64,000 nucleotides of DNA from assembly GCA_963665095.1 (NCBI GenBank), contig OY762069.1, positions 4,992,001 to 5,056,000 of the forward strand, given 5' to 3'. The stretch comes from an uncultured Desulfobacter sp. GTDB taxonomy: Bacteria > Desulfobacterota > Desulfobacteria > Desulfobacterales > Desulfobacteraceae. A program made the position numbers and the translations under genes. Every line of letters begins with the position of its first letter. The first letter of the stretch is position 1. Below are positions 53,310 through 64,000 of this stretch, piece by piece. The notes under the pieces are model-generated. The model saw nothing but the letters and a program-made list of their open reading frames with translations. It had not been told where the DNA came from and did no database searches.

Positions 53310-55323
53310 TGATATCTATTCCCAGTTCCGTTCCCCCTGCGTCTGTCACAAGGGTCTGCATGATTTTAACATTGCTTCTGGCTTCTGTGATTTCCTTTGA
53401 TGTCTCAGAGCCCTTGATCAGGGTGCCGGGAATAACCTGGCCTGTGACAATGGCCTGGGCCTGACCGGGGTTCCGCTGCTGCCATCTGGTGAAGTTTTCC
53501 TGTTCGCCTGTCAGCCGTGTCAGGGTATTTTCCAGTGCAATACTTTCGGCTTTAAGTTCCTGGATACGGCCTTTTTTCTTTTCCATGCGGTCAAGCAGGC
53601 GGTTAAACTCCTTGTCAAGGCGAACCAGGAGCCGTTTGTTTGTCTGTATCTGGGATTTGCTTGCACTTTGCTTGTCGCTGCCCTGCTTTGACAATAAAAA
53701 GTTTTCCTGTCTGGCCCGGTCTATTTCATGCACCAGGCGCAGGGTTCCCTGGGTGGTTTTTACGACATCCTGGTATAAAATGTCTATTTTTTCGCGAATC
53801 TGTTCCTGCCGTTCAATGCCGAGGTCGATTCTGTCCCGGATATTTTTTAACTCCCGGAGGGTGAACGCATCCACCCCCAGTGTAATAATATTGGGGGTGG
53901 ATTTTTCAGTGCCCAGATGGCGGGTGATAAGGCCCTTATTGCAGGTGATGTTGGAAGAGAGGATCTCCCCGTTTTGAATATTTACCGTTCCGGAAGTTAC
54001 AATCCGGCTGTCCAGGATCTCCTTGTCCACAGTGAGATTGCCCAGGCAGAAGATCGTGGAGTTCTGGACAAACTTGATGGAGACGTTTCCCCGGGAATAT
54101 ACAGTGCCGCCGATCATTCCGTTGAGAACCGTCACATCCCCTGATGCGTCAATTTCACCGCCATCCACCACCCCCACACGGACCTCGTGTCCAATGGCCT
54201 TGAACCCGGCCTTAAGTGTGCCTTTGATTACGATGTCACCGTCATAATCAATGTGCCCGGTTTGATAATCAATGTCGTCAGCGGCTATAAAGGCACGGGA
54301 GACATGAATTTTACCGGATTGATCCAGGGTCGGGCAGCCGTCAATTTCGGAATATAATTCAAGCCCGTCGGAAGAGAGCATGGCCCCTGCTTCAAACCGC
54401 AGGGGGGTGTCCACGGCCGGAGGCACCGGGAGCTCCTGGTTAAAGACATTTCTACCATTGCAGGCTTCGATCATGGGATATTTTTTGGCCAGCAATGTGC
54501 CTCTTTTCACCCATGGAATGGGGCCTCTGTCTCTGAAGTCAATATTCCCGTCTTCATCAATGCCGCCGGCCTTAAGATGGTCGGTTTCGAAAAAATATTC
54601 GATTCTGGCATCCTTGCCGGGTACAGGGTCTGTTCCCCGGGCCACCCGGAAAGGCGTTGTTTTATAGCCGGTTGAATCGATGAAATCTTCAATGTCAAAG
54701 ATCTCTGCCAGGCCGTAACAGATGCCGAATTCCTGCAGCTGTTCAATGATTTTGGACGAAGGTACTGTATCCTTGAATTTATTGGTTTTTTTGATAAACG
54801 CCATCATGCCTGCGGCATCCACTTCCAGTATAACCCCGCAGTCAAGTTCGCTGGACATGGCGTGGTCCTGTTTTTCAGGGGCCTGTTCCTGAGTCATCTG
54901 ATCCGGCGACGCGGGTTTGGGTGCTTCAGCCCCAGCCGGTCCTTTTTGCAGATATTGTATAACTTCCTGGTATTGTTCCGGAGTAATTGTCTGGTCGTCC
55001 TGCCAGACCTTGCCGAGGAACAAAGGCTGTTTGTTTTCAGCCAGTTTGCCTTTCTGCCGCTCCATCTCCTGCTGGAACAGCGCCTTGTCAACCAGACCTA
55101 AGGTAACGGCGCAGTTGCCGAAAACCTGGTTTTTCTGAATGGTTTTAAACGCTGAGTAAGTTGCCAGAAGTATTTTGAGCTGTTTGTCTGAAAGGATTTT
55201 TTCCTGCTCAAAATAGTTTTTTAAGGCCAGATCCAGGTTGTCTGCACCTCTGCATGCATCAAGAGCCTGGATGCACTGGGCATTGGTAATGAATTTTTTT
55301 TGCAGCGCTAGCTTTTCCAGCAT
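53287..55323 (-). CDS. FapA / DUF342 family protein
   Basis: VARGT.P.PGKD, IDFRDRG.I..V, DIDY.TG.I.Y.GD beta-helix repeats and C-terminal coiled coil. Confidence 0.88.
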   Translation of the reverse strand: MLEKLALQKKFITNAQCIQALDACRGADNLDLALKNYFEQEKILSDKQLKILLATYSAFKTIQKNQVFGNCAVTLGLVDKALFQQEMERQKGKLAENKQPLFLGKVWQDDQTITPEQYQEVIQYLQKGPAGAEAPKPASPDQMTQEQAPEKQDHAMSSELDCGVILEVDAAGMMAFIKKTNKFKDTVPSSKIIEQLQEFGICYGLAEIFDIEDFIDSTGYKTTPFRVARGTDPVPGKDARIEYFFETDHLKAGGIDEDGNIDFRDRGPIPWVKRGTLLAKKYPMIEACNGRNVFNQELPVPPAVDTPLRFEAGAMLSSDGLELYSEIDGCPTLDQSGKIHVSRAFIAADDIDYQTGHIDYDGDIVIKGTLKAGFKAIGHEVRVGVVDGGEIDASGDVTVLNGMIGGTVYSRGNVSIKFVQNSTIFCLGNLTVDKEILDSRIVTSGTVNIQNGEILSSNITCNKGLITRHLGTEKSTPNIITLGVDAFTLRELKNIRDRIDLGIERQEQIREKIDILYQDVVKTTQGTLRLVHEIDRARQENFLLSKQGSDKQSASKSQIQTNKRLLVRLDKEFNRLLDRMEKKKGRIQELKAESIALENTLTRLTGEQENFTRWQQRNPGQAQAIVTGQVIPGTLIKGSETSKEITEARSNVKIMQTLVTDAGGTELGIDIIDNTDRK

Positions 55324-55589
55324 ATGGGTCTGTTCCGAAGGTGGTTACCGTCTCATTCAGCATACCCTCTGGCCAGGTGTGATCTGAACTGTTCAACAGA
55401 CCCCGCCCGGGTCTTAGGGGTGAATGTAATTATTTTGGCCCATCAGGCGTAAAACATCAAGAAAAAAGGCAAAATGGCCGCAATTTCGCATATATGCCGG
55501 CAAAATAAACATGCTTTCAGTCGGAAAAGAGATCTGAACGAATGTTCTTTTTTAGTATCCGCTTATTAAATAATTCAGCCAGTTTAGGG

Positions 55590-55620
55590 TTGACTTACCG
55601 CGTTTGAACCAACTATAGAT
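55590..55620 (+). promoter_or_regulatory. Candidate sigma70 promoter for mce-sucCD-frd
   Basis: TTGACT (55590-95), 18 bp, TATAGAT. Confidence 0.4.
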
Positions 55621-55656
55621 ATTGTACTTCAGAAACCCGAAAATGGAGATTCACAG

Positions 55657-56058
55657 ATGAAAATTTTAAAGATTGATCACCTTGGTATTGCCGTTTCGAG
55701 CATTGATGAAAAAAAGAATTTCTGGACGGATGTATTAGGCCTCTCCTTTGAGGGAACTGAGACCGTGGATGCCCAGAAAGTGACCACCGCATTTCTTCCG
55801 GTGGGAGAAAGCGAAGTTGAGCTTCTTGAGTCCACGTCAGATGACGGGCCCGTGGCCAAGTACATTGAGAAAAAAGGGGAAGGCATTCAGCATGTGGCCT
55901 TCCGGGTGGAAAACATTGATGACGCCCTGGCAGAACTCAAGGAAAAAGGCATCCGGCTCATTGACGAAGTGCCGCGCATCGGGGCCGGCGGTGCCAGAAT
56001 CGCTTTCCTGCACCCCAAAGCAACCAGCGGTGTTCTTGTTGAATTATGTGAAAGATAA
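55657..56058 (+). CDS. mce: Methylmalonyl-CoA epimerase
   Basis: IDHLGIAV, VELLE, GEGIQHVAF and AFLHPK...GVLVELCE. Confidence 0.93.
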   Translation: MKILKIDHLGIAVSSIDEKKNFWTDVLGLSFEGTETVDAQKVTTAFLPVGESEVELLESTSDDGPVAKYIEKKGEGIQHVAFRVENIDDALAELKEKGIRLIDEVPRIGAGGARIAFLHPKATSGVLVELCER

Positions 56059-56153
56059 AGACGGCTGCTGGTATCATATTGACCCCTGCTCCCGGTAGAA
56101 CCAATTCAATTAAAACTAGAGCATTACTTATAATTCATTTTAAGGAAAATTAG

Positions 56154-57314
56154 ATGAAGATACACGAGTATCAGGCAAAGGAATTGTTTCGCAAGTACAA
56201 TGTCCCTGTTCCTGTCGGACAGCCTGCGTTTTCAGTGGATGAGGCAGTGGCGGCCGCTGAAACCCTGGGGGGATTTCCCGTGGTGGTCAAGGCTCAGATC
56301 CATGCCGGGGGAAGGGGCAAGGGGGGCGGGGTGAAACTGGCCCGCTCCATGGATGAGGTAACATCTCTGGCCGGTGATATTCTGGGTATGACCCTGGTGA
56401 CCCATCAGACAGGACCTGAAGGGAAACTGGTGCAAAAGCTTCTCATTGAGGCCGGCCAGAACATTGAAAAAGAGCTCTACCTCTCCCTGCTGGTGGACCG
56501 GGGTACGGCTTCTGTGGTGATCATGGCCAGTCAGGACGGCGGCATGGACATTGAGGACGTGGCTGCTAAAACCCCTGAACGGATTATCAAGGTTCAGGTG
56601 GACCCGCTCATGGGCATCCAGGGCTACCAGCTGCGGGAAGTGGCATTCGGCCTGGGCCTGAAAGGGGCGGCATTTAAAGCCTTTAGCAAGTTGCTGGCCA
56701 ACCTTTATAAGTGTTTTGTGGACAATGACTGCTCCCTGGTGGAGATCAACCCTTTAATCCTGACCTCGGACGAACAGGTGATTGCTCTGGACGCCAAGGT
56801 GGATTTTGACGGCAATGCCTTGTTCCGCCACAAAGACCTTCTGGAGCTGCGGGACCTTACCGAAGAAAATCCTCTGGAGGTGGAGGCTTCAAAATTTAAT
56901 CTTAACTATATCAACCTGGACGGCAATGTGGGCAATATCGTCAATGGTGCCGGGCTGGCCATGGCCACCATGGACATCATCAAGATTGCAGGCGCCTCTC
57001 CTGCCAATTTCATGGATGTGGGCGGCGGCGCCTCTGCCGAGCAGGTGGAAAATGCCTTCAGGATCATCCTGGCGGATGAAAAGGTCAAGGCGGTACTCAT
57101 AAATATCTTCGGCGGTATCCTGCGCTGCGATATCTTTGCCCGGGGCGTGGTGGAAGCGGCCAAAAAGACCGGCATAAATATCCCGGTGGTGGTGCGCATG
57201 GAAGGCACCAATGTGGATCAAGGCAAGAAAATCCTGGCGGATGCCGGGCTGAACCTGACCTCTGCAGCGGATCTGTCCGATGCGGCCAGTAAAATTGCTG
57301 CCGCAGTAAAATAA
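56154..57314 (+). CDS. sucC: Succinate-CoA ligase (ADP-forming) beta subunit
   Basis: [32 protein letters not shown] and [10 protein letters not shown]. Confidence 0.97.
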   Translation: MKIHEYQAKELFRKYNVPVPVGQPAFSVDEAVAAAETLGGFPVVVKAQIHAGGRGKGGGVKLARSMDEVTSLAGDILGMTLVTHQTGPEGKLVQKLLIEAGQNIEKELYLSLLVDRGTASVVIMASQDGGMDIEDVAAKTPERIIKVQVDPLMGIQGYQLREVAFGLGLKGAAFKAFSKLLANLYKCFVDNDCSLVEINPLILTSDEQVIALDAKVDFDGNALFRHKDLLELRDLTEENPLEVEASKFNLNYINLDGNVGNIVNGAGLAMATMDIIKIAGASPANFMDVGGGASAEQVENAFRIILADEKVKAVLINIFGGILRCDIFARGVVEAAKKTGINIPVVVRMEGTNVDQGKKILADAGLNLTSAADLSDAASKIAAAVK

Positions 57315-57327
57315 AGGAGACCTAAAC

Positions 57328-58194
57328 GTGAGTATTTTTGTAAATAAGGAAACCAGGCTCCTGGTCCAGGGAATCACAGGAAATGAAGGCAGTTTTCATA
57401 CCAGGCAGTGCATTGAATACGGCACCCGTGTCGTGGCCGGCGTTACCCCCGGCAAGGGCGGCCAGACCATGGATGATGTGCCGGTATTCAATACCGTGGC
57501 TCAGGGCGTAAAGCAGACCGGTGCCAATGCCTCCTTAATTTTTGTTCCGCCGCCATTTGGTGCGGATGCCATCATGGAGGCCGCAGATGCAGGGGTTGAG
57601 CTGATTGTCTGTATCACTGAAGGCATCCCCATTATGGATATGGTCAAGGTGAAGAAATTCTTAGCCACAAAATCATGCCGGCTCATCGGTCCCAACTGCC
57701 CCGGTATCATTACCCCGGATGAGTGCAAAATCGGGATCATGCCGGGTAAAATTCATAAAAAAGGCCATGTGGGCGTGGTCTCCCGATCCGGCACCCTTAC
57801 CTATGAAGTGGTGGACCAGCTTACAAAGCTGGGCATGGGTCAGTCTACCTGTATCGGCATTGGCGGGGACCCGGTGAACGGGACCAATTTCATTGATGTC
57901 CTCGCAGCGTTTCAGGCGGATGATGAGACACAGGCTGTTGTTATGGTAGGCGAAATCGGTGGCAGCGCAGAAGAAGAAGCGGCAGTTTATATCAAAGAAA
58001 ATTTGACAAAACCCGTGGTTGGTTTTATAGCCGGACTGACAGCACCGCCCGGCCGCCGCATGGGCCATGCCGGTGCCATTATTTCAGGGTCCAGTGGCAC
58101 CGGTGAGGCAAAGATTAAAGCCTTTCAGGACAACGGGGTCCATGTCTGCCGAAACCTGGGCGAAATCGGGCAGATCTGCAAAGATGCTTTTTAG
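57328..58194 (+). CDS. sucD: Succinate-CoA ligase alpha subunit
   Basis: [21 protein letters not shown] and RMGHAGA (phospho-His). Confidence 0.97.
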   Translation: MSIFVNKETRLLVQGITGNEGSFHTRQCIEYGTRVVAGVTPGKGGQTMDDVPVFNTVAQGVKQTGANASLIFVPPPFGADAIMEAADAGVELIVCITEGIPIMDMVKVKKFLATKSCRLIGPNCPGIITPDECKIGIMPGKIHKKGHVGVVSRSGTLTYEVVDQLTKLGMGQSTCIGIGGDPVNGTNFIDVLAAFQADDETQAVVMVGEIGGSAEEEAAVYIKENLTKPVVGFIAGLTAPPGRRMGHAGAIISGSSGTGEAKIKAFQDNGVHVCRNLGEIGQICKDAF

Positions 58195-58217
58195 AATACT
58201 ATAAGGAGGTTTTACCA

Positions 58218-59282
58218 TTGGAAAGTTACACCATTGAATCAAACAAGAAAAAGAGCAGGCTGCCGGCCCGGCTGGATTTTCTCCAGAGCGGAACCGGCCT
58301 TGTTCTCGGGCTGTTCATGTGGGCGCACATGGTTCTGGTGGCCAGCATTATTCTGGGGCCGGGTGCCTTTAACTGGGTGGCCAAAACCATGGAATTGTCC
58401 TTTTTGTCCGGTACGGGTGAAGGGTACCCCATTGCTGTTTTCTTCGCCGTGTCCATTGTATTTACGCTCTTTATCCTGCATGCCTTTTTAGGGATCAGAA
58501 AGTTTCCCATTTCCTGGAAACAGCACCGCATCATGAGAGACCAGATGATCCTGATGAAGCACCAGGATACCAATTTGTGGTACATCCAGGCATTGACCGG
58601 GTTTATCATGTTTTTTGCAGGGTCCGCCCATCTTTATGTGATGCTGACCCATCCGGGTTCCATTGATCCCTACCTGTCTGCAAGTCGTGTGGTATCGGAC
58701 AACATGTGGTTTGTCTACCTGATTCTTCTGGTGAGTGTGGAGCTTCACGGCACCATCGGGTTGTACCGGCTCTGTATGAAATGGGGCTGGTTCCAGGGTG
58801 AAGATTATAAAACTGCCAGGGAAAACCGGGCAAAACTCAAACAGTTTAAAAACAAACTGACCATTGGCTTTCTTTGTGTCGGTGTTCTGGCCCTTCTGAT
58901 ATTTGTCATCATTGGCCTGCGCCATCCGGAAGGAGAACCGTACCCTGCTTCCCATGCTGTTTCAAGCCATGAAGCTGCTGCGCCTGTTGAGGAAGAAGCC
59001 GCAGAACCAGCAGAACCCGCAGCCCACGAAGAGGCTGTGGTGGTGGAAGAATCCCATGAACAGGCGGCCGCTGTTGTTGAAGAGGCTGAAAAAACCGAGT
59101 CCCATGACAGTGAACCTGCAGCCGTGGCACCTGAAGCCTCCGAAGAACCGGCAGCCGGCCATGGGGATACGGAACATGAGGCGGTTCAGGAAGAAGCAGC
59201 GCATCCGGAATCCGGAGATCAGGGCCATGGGGAAGAGGCCCTTCATACTGACGGCGGTCATGGTGCCAAAGAAATACTATAA
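58218..59282 (+). CDS. frdC: Fumarate reductase/succinate dehydrogenase diheme cytochrome b subunit (Wolinella-type) with long acidic His-rich tail
   Basis: QSGTGL.L.LFMWAHM, HAFL..RKFP, H.DT..W..Q, SAH and VELHG.IGLYR...KWG; AAGGAGG RBS plus TTG. Confidence 0.92.
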   Translation: MESYTIESNKKKSRLPARLDFLQSGTGLVLGLFMWAHMVLVASIILGPGAFNWVAKTMELSFLSGTGEGYPIAVFFAVSIVFTLFILHAFLGIRKFPISWKQHRIMRDQMILMKHQDTNLWYIQALTGFIMFFAGSAHLYVMLTHPGSIDPYLSASRVVSDNMWFVYLILLVSVELHGTIGLYRLCMKWGWFQGEDYKTARENRAKLKQFKNKLTIGFLCVGVLALLIFVIIGLRHPEGEPYPASHAVSSHEAAAPVEEEAAEPAEPAAHEEAVVVEESHEQAAAVVEEAEKTESHDSEPAAVAPEASEEPAAGHGDTEHEAVQEEAAHPESGDQGHGEEALHTDGGHGAKEIL

Positions 59283-59297
59283 GAAAGGGAAAGCCCA

Positions 59298-61268
59298 ATG
59301 AATATCATATATACGGATTCACTTGTTATCGGCGGGGGGCTTGCTGGGCTTCGCGTCGCCATTGCTGCCAAGCAGAGGGGGTATGAGAGTATTATCCTGT
59401 CCCTGATGCCGGCCAAACGGTCACACTCCGCTGCTGCCCAGGGCGGCATGCAGGCAAGTCTTGGCGCCTGCATCAAAGGGGACGGGGATGATGAAGATGT
59501 CCACTTTGCAGATACAGTCAAAGGGTCTGACTGGGGGTGTGACCAGGATGTGGCCAGAATGTTTGTAAATACTTCTCCCAAAGCCATCCGGCAGCTCTCT
59601 GCCTGGGGTGTGCCCTGGTCCAGGGTCAGGGGCGGTGACAGGGAAGTGGTGATCAACGGTGAAAAAGTGACCATCACGGAAAAACACGAGGCCCACGGCC
59701 TGATCACAGCCAGGGATTTCGGCGGTACCAAGAAATGGCGCACCTGTTTTACCTCGGACGGCACTGGCCACACCATGCTCTATGCCATGGACAACAAGGC
59801 CATCCAGATGGACATTTCCGTGCATGAAAGAAAAGAGGCCATTGCCCTGATCCATGAAGACGGGGTGTGCTACGGGGCGGTTGTCCGGGATCTGATTACC
59901 GGTGAACTCATTGCCTATATTGCCAAAACCACTACCATTGCCACAGGCGGTTACGGCAGGCTCTATGCCGTTTCCACCAATGCGGTGATCTCCGAAGGCA
60001 TCGGCTGTGCCATTGCCCTTGAAACCGGTATTGCCACCCTGGGCAACATGGAAGCGGTTCAGTTCCACCCCACCGCCATCGTGCCCGTGGGTATCTTGAC
60101 AACGGAAGGGTGCCGCGGCGACGGCGGACTCCTGCTGGACAAGGACGGATACCGGTTCATGCCCGACTATGAGCCTGATAAAAAAGAGCTGGCCTCCAGG
60201 GACGTTGTCTCCCGGCGCATGACCGAGCACATGAGAAAGGGCAAAGGCGTGCCCTCCCGCTACGGCGATCACCTCTGGCTGGACATCACCCTTCTGGGCC
60301 GCAAGCATATTGAAAAGAACCTGCGTGAGGTTAAAGAGATCTGTGAATACTTCCTGGGCGTTGACCCGGTGAAGGAGTACATCCCGGTACGGCCCACCCA
60401 GCACTACTCCATGGGCGGGGTGAGAACCAAAGCCACAGGTGAAAGCCCGACACTTAAGGGCCTTTTCTCGGCTGGTGAAGCTGCCTGCTGGGATATGCAC
60501 GGATTTAACCGTCTGGGCGGCAACTCTGTGGCGGAAACCGTTGTGGCCGGCATGATTGTGGGCGAATATGTGGCCGATTACTGTGCCGCCAACAGCCTTT
60601 CCATCTCCACATCCACCATTGAGAATTTTGTCAAACGCGAGCAGGAGAAGATTGCAGATCTGCTCACCCGGGATTATGGTGAAAATCCATTCCAGCTTAA
60701 AGCCGAAATGCAGAAGGTGATGATGGACAAGGTGGGCATTTTCCGCAACGGTCAGGATCTGGAGCAGGCTGTTGAGGAGCTGAAAGTGCTCAACCAGCGG
60801 GCCAAGAAGATTGCCCTGCGCAACCGGATTTCCTCTGCCAACCCGGAACTGGTGGAAGCCATCCGGGTACCCAAAATGATCAAGCTTGCCCAGTGTGTGG
60901 CCTATGGCGCCATGCTGCGGACTGAAAGCCGCGGGGCCCATGCCCGGGAAGATTATCCGGAAAGAAACGACCGCGACTGGCTCAAACGCACCCTGACCAC
61001 CTGGAAGGATGATACCGCGGATCTGCCGGAAGTGACTTACGAGGACCTGGATGTTATGAAAATGGAGATGCCTCCGGGGTCCAGGGGATACGGCGTGGAT
61101 AACACCATCCACCATCCGGATACGGAAAAACGGGTGGCCCAGATTGAGGAGATTAAAAAGGCCAACAAAAAGGCAGACCGGCATCAAATGCAGGAACTGC
61201 TCAATCCCATCACCATCCCGGAAAAATTCAAAGGCAAAAACGAGCGTATCGGCAGGGGGTATAAATAA
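59298..61268 (+). CDS. frdA: Fumarate reductase flavoprotein subunit
   Basis: [16 protein letters not shown] (covalent FAD His), [21 protein letters not shown] and [10 protein letters not shown]. Confidence 0.97.
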   Translation: MNIIYTDSLVIGGGLAGLRVAIAAKQRGYESIILSLMPAKRSHSAAAQGGMQASLGACIKGDGDDEDVHFADTVKGSDWGCDQDVARMFVNTSPKAIRQLSAWGVPWSRVRGGDREVVINGEKVTITEKHEAHGLITARDFGGTKKWRTCFTSDGTGHTMLYAMDNKAIQMDISVHERKEAIALIHEDGVCYGAVVRDLITGELIAYIAKTTTIATGGYGRLYAVSTNAVISEGIGCAIALETGIATLGNMEAVQFHPTAIVPVGILTTEGCRGDGGLLLDKDGYRFMPDYEPDKKELASRDVVSRRMTEHMRKGKGVPSRYGDHLWLDITLLGRKHIEKNLREVKEICEYFLGVDPVKEYIPVRPTQHYSMGGVRTKATGESPTLKGLFSAGEAACWDMHGFNRLGGNSVAETVVAGMIVGEYVADYCAANSLSISTSTIENFVKREQEKIADLLTRDYGENPFQLKAEMQKVMMDKVGIFRNGQDLEQAVEELKVLNQRAKKIALRNRISSANPELVEAIRVPKMIKLAQCVAYGAMLRTESRGAHAREDYPERNDRDWLKRTLTTWKDDTADLPEVTYEDLDVMKMEMPPGSRGYGVDNTIHHPDTEKRVAQIEEIKKANKKADRHQMQELLNPITIPEKFKGKNERIGRGYK

Positions 61269-62002
61269 TGAGCGAAGAAGGAAGAATTTTAAGGTTTCAG
61301 ATATTTCGGTACAACCCCCAGAAAAAGGGGGACAAGCCGCGCATGGTAACCTATGAGGTGACTGAAGCCCCTGGGATGACCATTTTCATTGCACTCAACG
61401 ATATCCGGGAGCACCAGGATCCCTCCCTGCAGTTTGATTTTATCTGCCGGGCCGGCATCTGCGGCTCCTGCGGCATGGTGATCAACGGCCGGCCGGATCT
61501 GGCATGCCGGACGCTTACCTCCAAGTTTCCGGACGGTGAGATTACGCTTCTGCCCCTGCCCGGCTTTGAACTGATCGGAGATCTCTCCGTGAATACCGGT
61601 AAATTCATGCGGGCCATGAGCGAGCGGGTGGAGTCCTGGATTCATGACCACAATGCTGATGAAGTCGATTACAACAAGCTTGAAGAGCGCATGGATCCGG
61701 ACATCATGGATGAGGTGTATGAGCTGGAGCGGTGCGTGGAGTGCGGCTGCTGCGTCTCTGCCTGCGCCACCAAACGAATGCGTCCTGACTTTCTGTCTGC
61801 CGTGGGCTTCATGCGGCTGGCAAGATTTTACCTGGATCCCCGGGACAAACGTACCGATGAGGAATACTACGAGATCATTGGTGATGATGACGGCGTGTTC
61901 GGCTGCATGACCCTTCTGGGTTGTGAGGACTATTGTCCCAAGGATTTGCCGCATCAGACGCAGATTGCTTTCCTGCGCAGAAAAATGATCCAGGTTAAAT
62001 AG
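61268..62002 (+). CDS. frdB: Fumarate reductase iron-sulfur subunit
   Basis: CRAGICGSC, CVECGCCVSAC and CMTLLGCEDYCP. Confidence 0.97.
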   Translation: MSEEGRILRFQIFRYNPQKKGDKPRMVTYEVTEAPGMTIFIALNDIREHQDPSLQFDFICRAGICGSCGMVINGRPDLACRTLTSKFPDGEITLLPLPGFELIGDLSVNTGKFMRAMSERVESWIHDHNADEVDYNKLEERMDPDIMDEVYELERCVECGCCVSACATKRMRPDFLSAVGFMRLARFYLDPRDKRTDEEYYEIIGDDDGVFGCMTLLGCEDYCPKDLPHQTQIAFLRRKMIQVK

Positions 62003-62155
62003 TGTTTGAACGAAAAGTCACCCACCTGCGGCGTTGCTGCACAAAGCTGCAATCCTCACGTACTGAAGTACGCTCCGGTTGCAGCTTTGCTTGCGCCTTG
62101 CATCTGGGCAACTTTTCGTCCAAACACCAAACCCGGGGATTTCGTTCAGGCACTA
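62000..62155. mobile_element. MITE (non-autonomous element), 156 bp including TA ends
   Basis: Ends TAGTGTTTGAACGAAA and TTTCGTTCAGGCACTA are 14/16 inverted. It has a long internal hairpin, and a second partial copy lies at 34241-34272. Confidence 0.8.
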
Positions 62156-62183
62156 AATAGATATAAGAAAAGAGGTAAAAAAG

Positions 62184-63794
62184 ATGACGAAATTTAAGTT
62201 TGAAACCATGTTTCCTCTGGGCGAGGATACGACTGAATACCGGCTTCTGACCAAGGAACATGTCCGGGTCAAGGAGTTTGAGGGCCGGGATATGGTTCTG
62301 GTGGAACCGGTGGCGCTGACCCTTCTGGCAAAACAGGCGTTCAAGGATGTGGCCCATCTCTACCGTGCCGGACATCTGGAACAGCTGCGGGCGGTGATTG
62401 ATGATTCTGAAAGTTCGGATAATGACAGGTACGTGGCCCTGGAGCTGTTGAAGAACGCCAAAATCTCAGCCGAGATGGTCTATCCCATGTGCCAGGATAC
62501 CGGGACCGCCATTATCATGGGCAAAAAAGGACAGCAGGTCTGGACCTGGTCTGATGATGAGTGCGAGCTGTCCAAAGGGGCCTTTGAAGCCTATACGGAA
62601 AACTTTCTGCGGTATTCACAGAACGCGCCTTTGACCATGTACAAGGAAGTGAACACCAAGTGTAATATGCCGGCCCAGGTGGATCTGACCGCGATTCAGG
62701 GTGATGAGTACAAATTTCTGTTCATGGCCAAGGGTGGCGGATCCGCCAATAAAACCTTTTTATTTCAGATGACCAAGGCGGTGCTCAATTCTGAACAGAT
62801 TCTGATTGATTTTATGCTGGAAAAGATGAAAAGCCTGGGGACAGCCGCCTGTCCACCATATCACATTGCATTTGTCATTGGCGGGACATCTGCGGAACTC
62901 AATTTAAAGACAGTAAAGCTGGCCTCGGCCCGGTATCTGGATACCCTGCCCACGGAAGGCAGTGAGACTGGCCATGCATTCAGGGATACGGACCTGGAGC
63001 AGAAGGTGCTGGAAAGATCCCGGGGACTGGGGCTTGGTGCCCAGTTCGGTGGCAAATATTTTGCCCTGGATATCCGGGTGATCCGGCTTCCGCGTCACGG
63101 CGCCTCCTGTCCTGTGGGTATCGGGGTCTCCTGCTCTGCAGACCGTCAGATCAAAGGTAAAATTACCCGGGACGGTGTGTTTCTGGAGCAGCTGGTGGAA
63201 AATCCGGAAACATACCTGCCGGCCAGTGAGCCTGAAATGGCCCCGGCTGTGGAGGTCGATCTGAACCGCTCCATGGATGAGATCCGGGCGGAACTGTCCA
63301 AATATCCGGTTTCCACACGTCTTTCTCTGACCGGTAAAATTATTGTGGCCCGGGACATTGCCCATGCCAAGTTCATGGAACGGTATGAAGCGGGCAAAGG
63401 CCTGCCCGACTACATTAAAAATCATATTATCTACTATGCCGGGCCTGCCAAGACCCCGGATGGTGAGGCTTCCGGTTCTTTTGGCCCCACCACGGCCGGC
63501 CGTATGGATCCCTATGTGCCCATTTTCCAGAAAGAGGGCGCGTCCATGATCATGCTGGCCAAAGGCAACCGCTCCCAGCAGGTGACCGATGCCTGTAAAA
63601 CCTTTGGCGGATTTTACCTGGGATCCCCTGGTGGCCCTGCCGCCCGTCTGGGCAAGGATTTTATTAAAAAGGTCGAGCTGGTGGAATATGAGGAACTGGG
63701 CATGGAAGCGGTTTACATGATCACGGTGGAAAAATTCCCCGCCTTTATCATTGTGGATGACAAAGGCAATGATTTTTATGCTGGCCTGGTTTAA
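62184..63794 (+). CDS. Fumarate hydratase class I (Fe-S)
   Basis: [38 protein letters not shown] and GPTTAGRMD. Confidence 0.96.
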   Translation: MTKFKFETMFPLGEDTTEYRLLTKEHVRVKEFEGRDMVLVEPVALTLLAKQAFKDVAHLYRAGHLEQLRAVIDDSESSDNDRYVALELLKNAKISAEMVYPMCQDTGTAIIMGKKGQQVWTWSDDECELSKGAFEAYTENFLRYSQNAPLTMYKEVNTKCNMPAQVDLTAIQGDEYKFLFMAKGGGSANKTFLFQMTKAVLNSEQILIDFMLEKMKSLGTAACPPYHIAFVIGGTSAELNLKTVKLASARYLDTLPTEGSETGHAFRDTDLEQKVLERSRGLGLGAQFGGKYFALDIRVIRLPRHGASCPVGIGVSCSADRQIKGKITRDGVFLEQLVENPETYLPASEPEMAPAVEVDLNRSMDEIRAELSKYPVSTRLSLTGKIIVARDIAHAKFMERYEAGKGLPDYIKNHIIYYAGPAKTPDGEASGSFGPTTAGRMDPYVPIFQKEGASMIMLAKGNRSQQVTDACKTFGGFYLGSPGGPAARLGKDFIKKVELVEYEELGMEAVYMITVEKFPAFIIVDDKGNDFYAGLV

Positions 63795-63837
63795 GCTATT
63801 CTCATGTAAGTAGCTTTTAAACCAAGCGGTTATAAAA

Positions 63838-63893
63838 AGAACAGGCAGGTAAAGGCATTTTTAGTTGTCCGACACCTGCCTGTTCTGATTTTT
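63838..63893 (+). terminator. Probable intrinsic terminator after the fumarase gene
   Basis: AGAACAGGCAGGT / ACCTGCCTGTTCT form a 13-bp stem, followed by GATTTTT. Confidence 0.6.
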
Positions 63894-64000
63894 ATCCAGA
63901 TTTTAATTCGGGGGTTGCTATGATTCCGACACAAACACAAAAATTATCATTTGGTTAAGCATATACATGTTATACCTGTGTTAATTTCATAAAAACCTCG

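Noticed and set aside
55324..55370. Upstream ATG (55363) with RBS-like AGAGGG, one base out of frame with FapA
   Set aside because: Could hint at a frameshift or sequencing slip, but cannot be supported without homolog alignment.
59421..61187. 588-aa minus-strand ORF
   Set aside because: Antisense shadow of frdA arising from codon bias; no recognisable motifs. The same applies to 45138-46241, 24746-25786, 14341-15171, 36022-36879 and 52176-52967.
62006..62197. 63-aa ORF MNEKSPTCGVAA...
   Set aside because: Lies within the MITE and is an incidental frame of the repeat.
1..64000. CRISPR arrays, tRNA/rRNA genes, intact transposases/integrases, sigma54 promoters
   Set aside because: None recognised by eye; candidate TGGC sites checked near 30.4-30.5 kb and 46-49 kb lacked the GG-N10-GC spacing.

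Overview
Chromosomal segment from a bacterium whose gene content and protein style suggest a sulfate-reducing Desulfobacterales member (inference, not verified). In order: (1) 1-12.1 kb, a divergent heme/iron-uptake locus, with hutW-like radical SAM, ECF S/T/A components, an HmuF-like flavodoxin and a TonB-dependent receptor on the minus strand, and DUF3450, exbB x2, exbD, tonB and TPR on the plus strand. (2) 12.1-28.9 kb, an unusual signalling/acyl-metabolism island. It holds an Acs-like protein with eroded ATP motifs, a butyrate kinase-phosphate butyryltransferase fusion, and a HAMP-GAF-HisKA-HATPase-3xREC hybrid kinase with MCP-less CheR/CheB. It also holds a kinase whose phosphoacceptor His is Thr, a periplasmic binding protein, and two paralogous membrane-GAF proteins with no output domain. 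(3) fumC and an aldehyde dehydrogenase. (4) 32-34.9 kb, a decayed accessory patch with a long hairpin element, a truncated HRDC gene of DGR-accessory type, a RelBE/StbDE toxin-antitoxin pair, a DUF4143 ATPase pseudogene, a repeat fragment and an uncalled 36-aa membrane peptide. (5) A heterodimeric ABC exporter, O-methyltransferase, PilZ proteins, an EamA transporter, a three-gene 2-oxoacid oxidoreductase, etfBA/GntR and a MOT1-tsaA-hypothetical-FapA group. (6) mce-sucCD-frdCAB-class I fumarase, with a MITE inserted in the frdB stop codon. No rRNA, tRNA or CRISPR array was recognised. All calls come from reading motifs by eye, with no database search.
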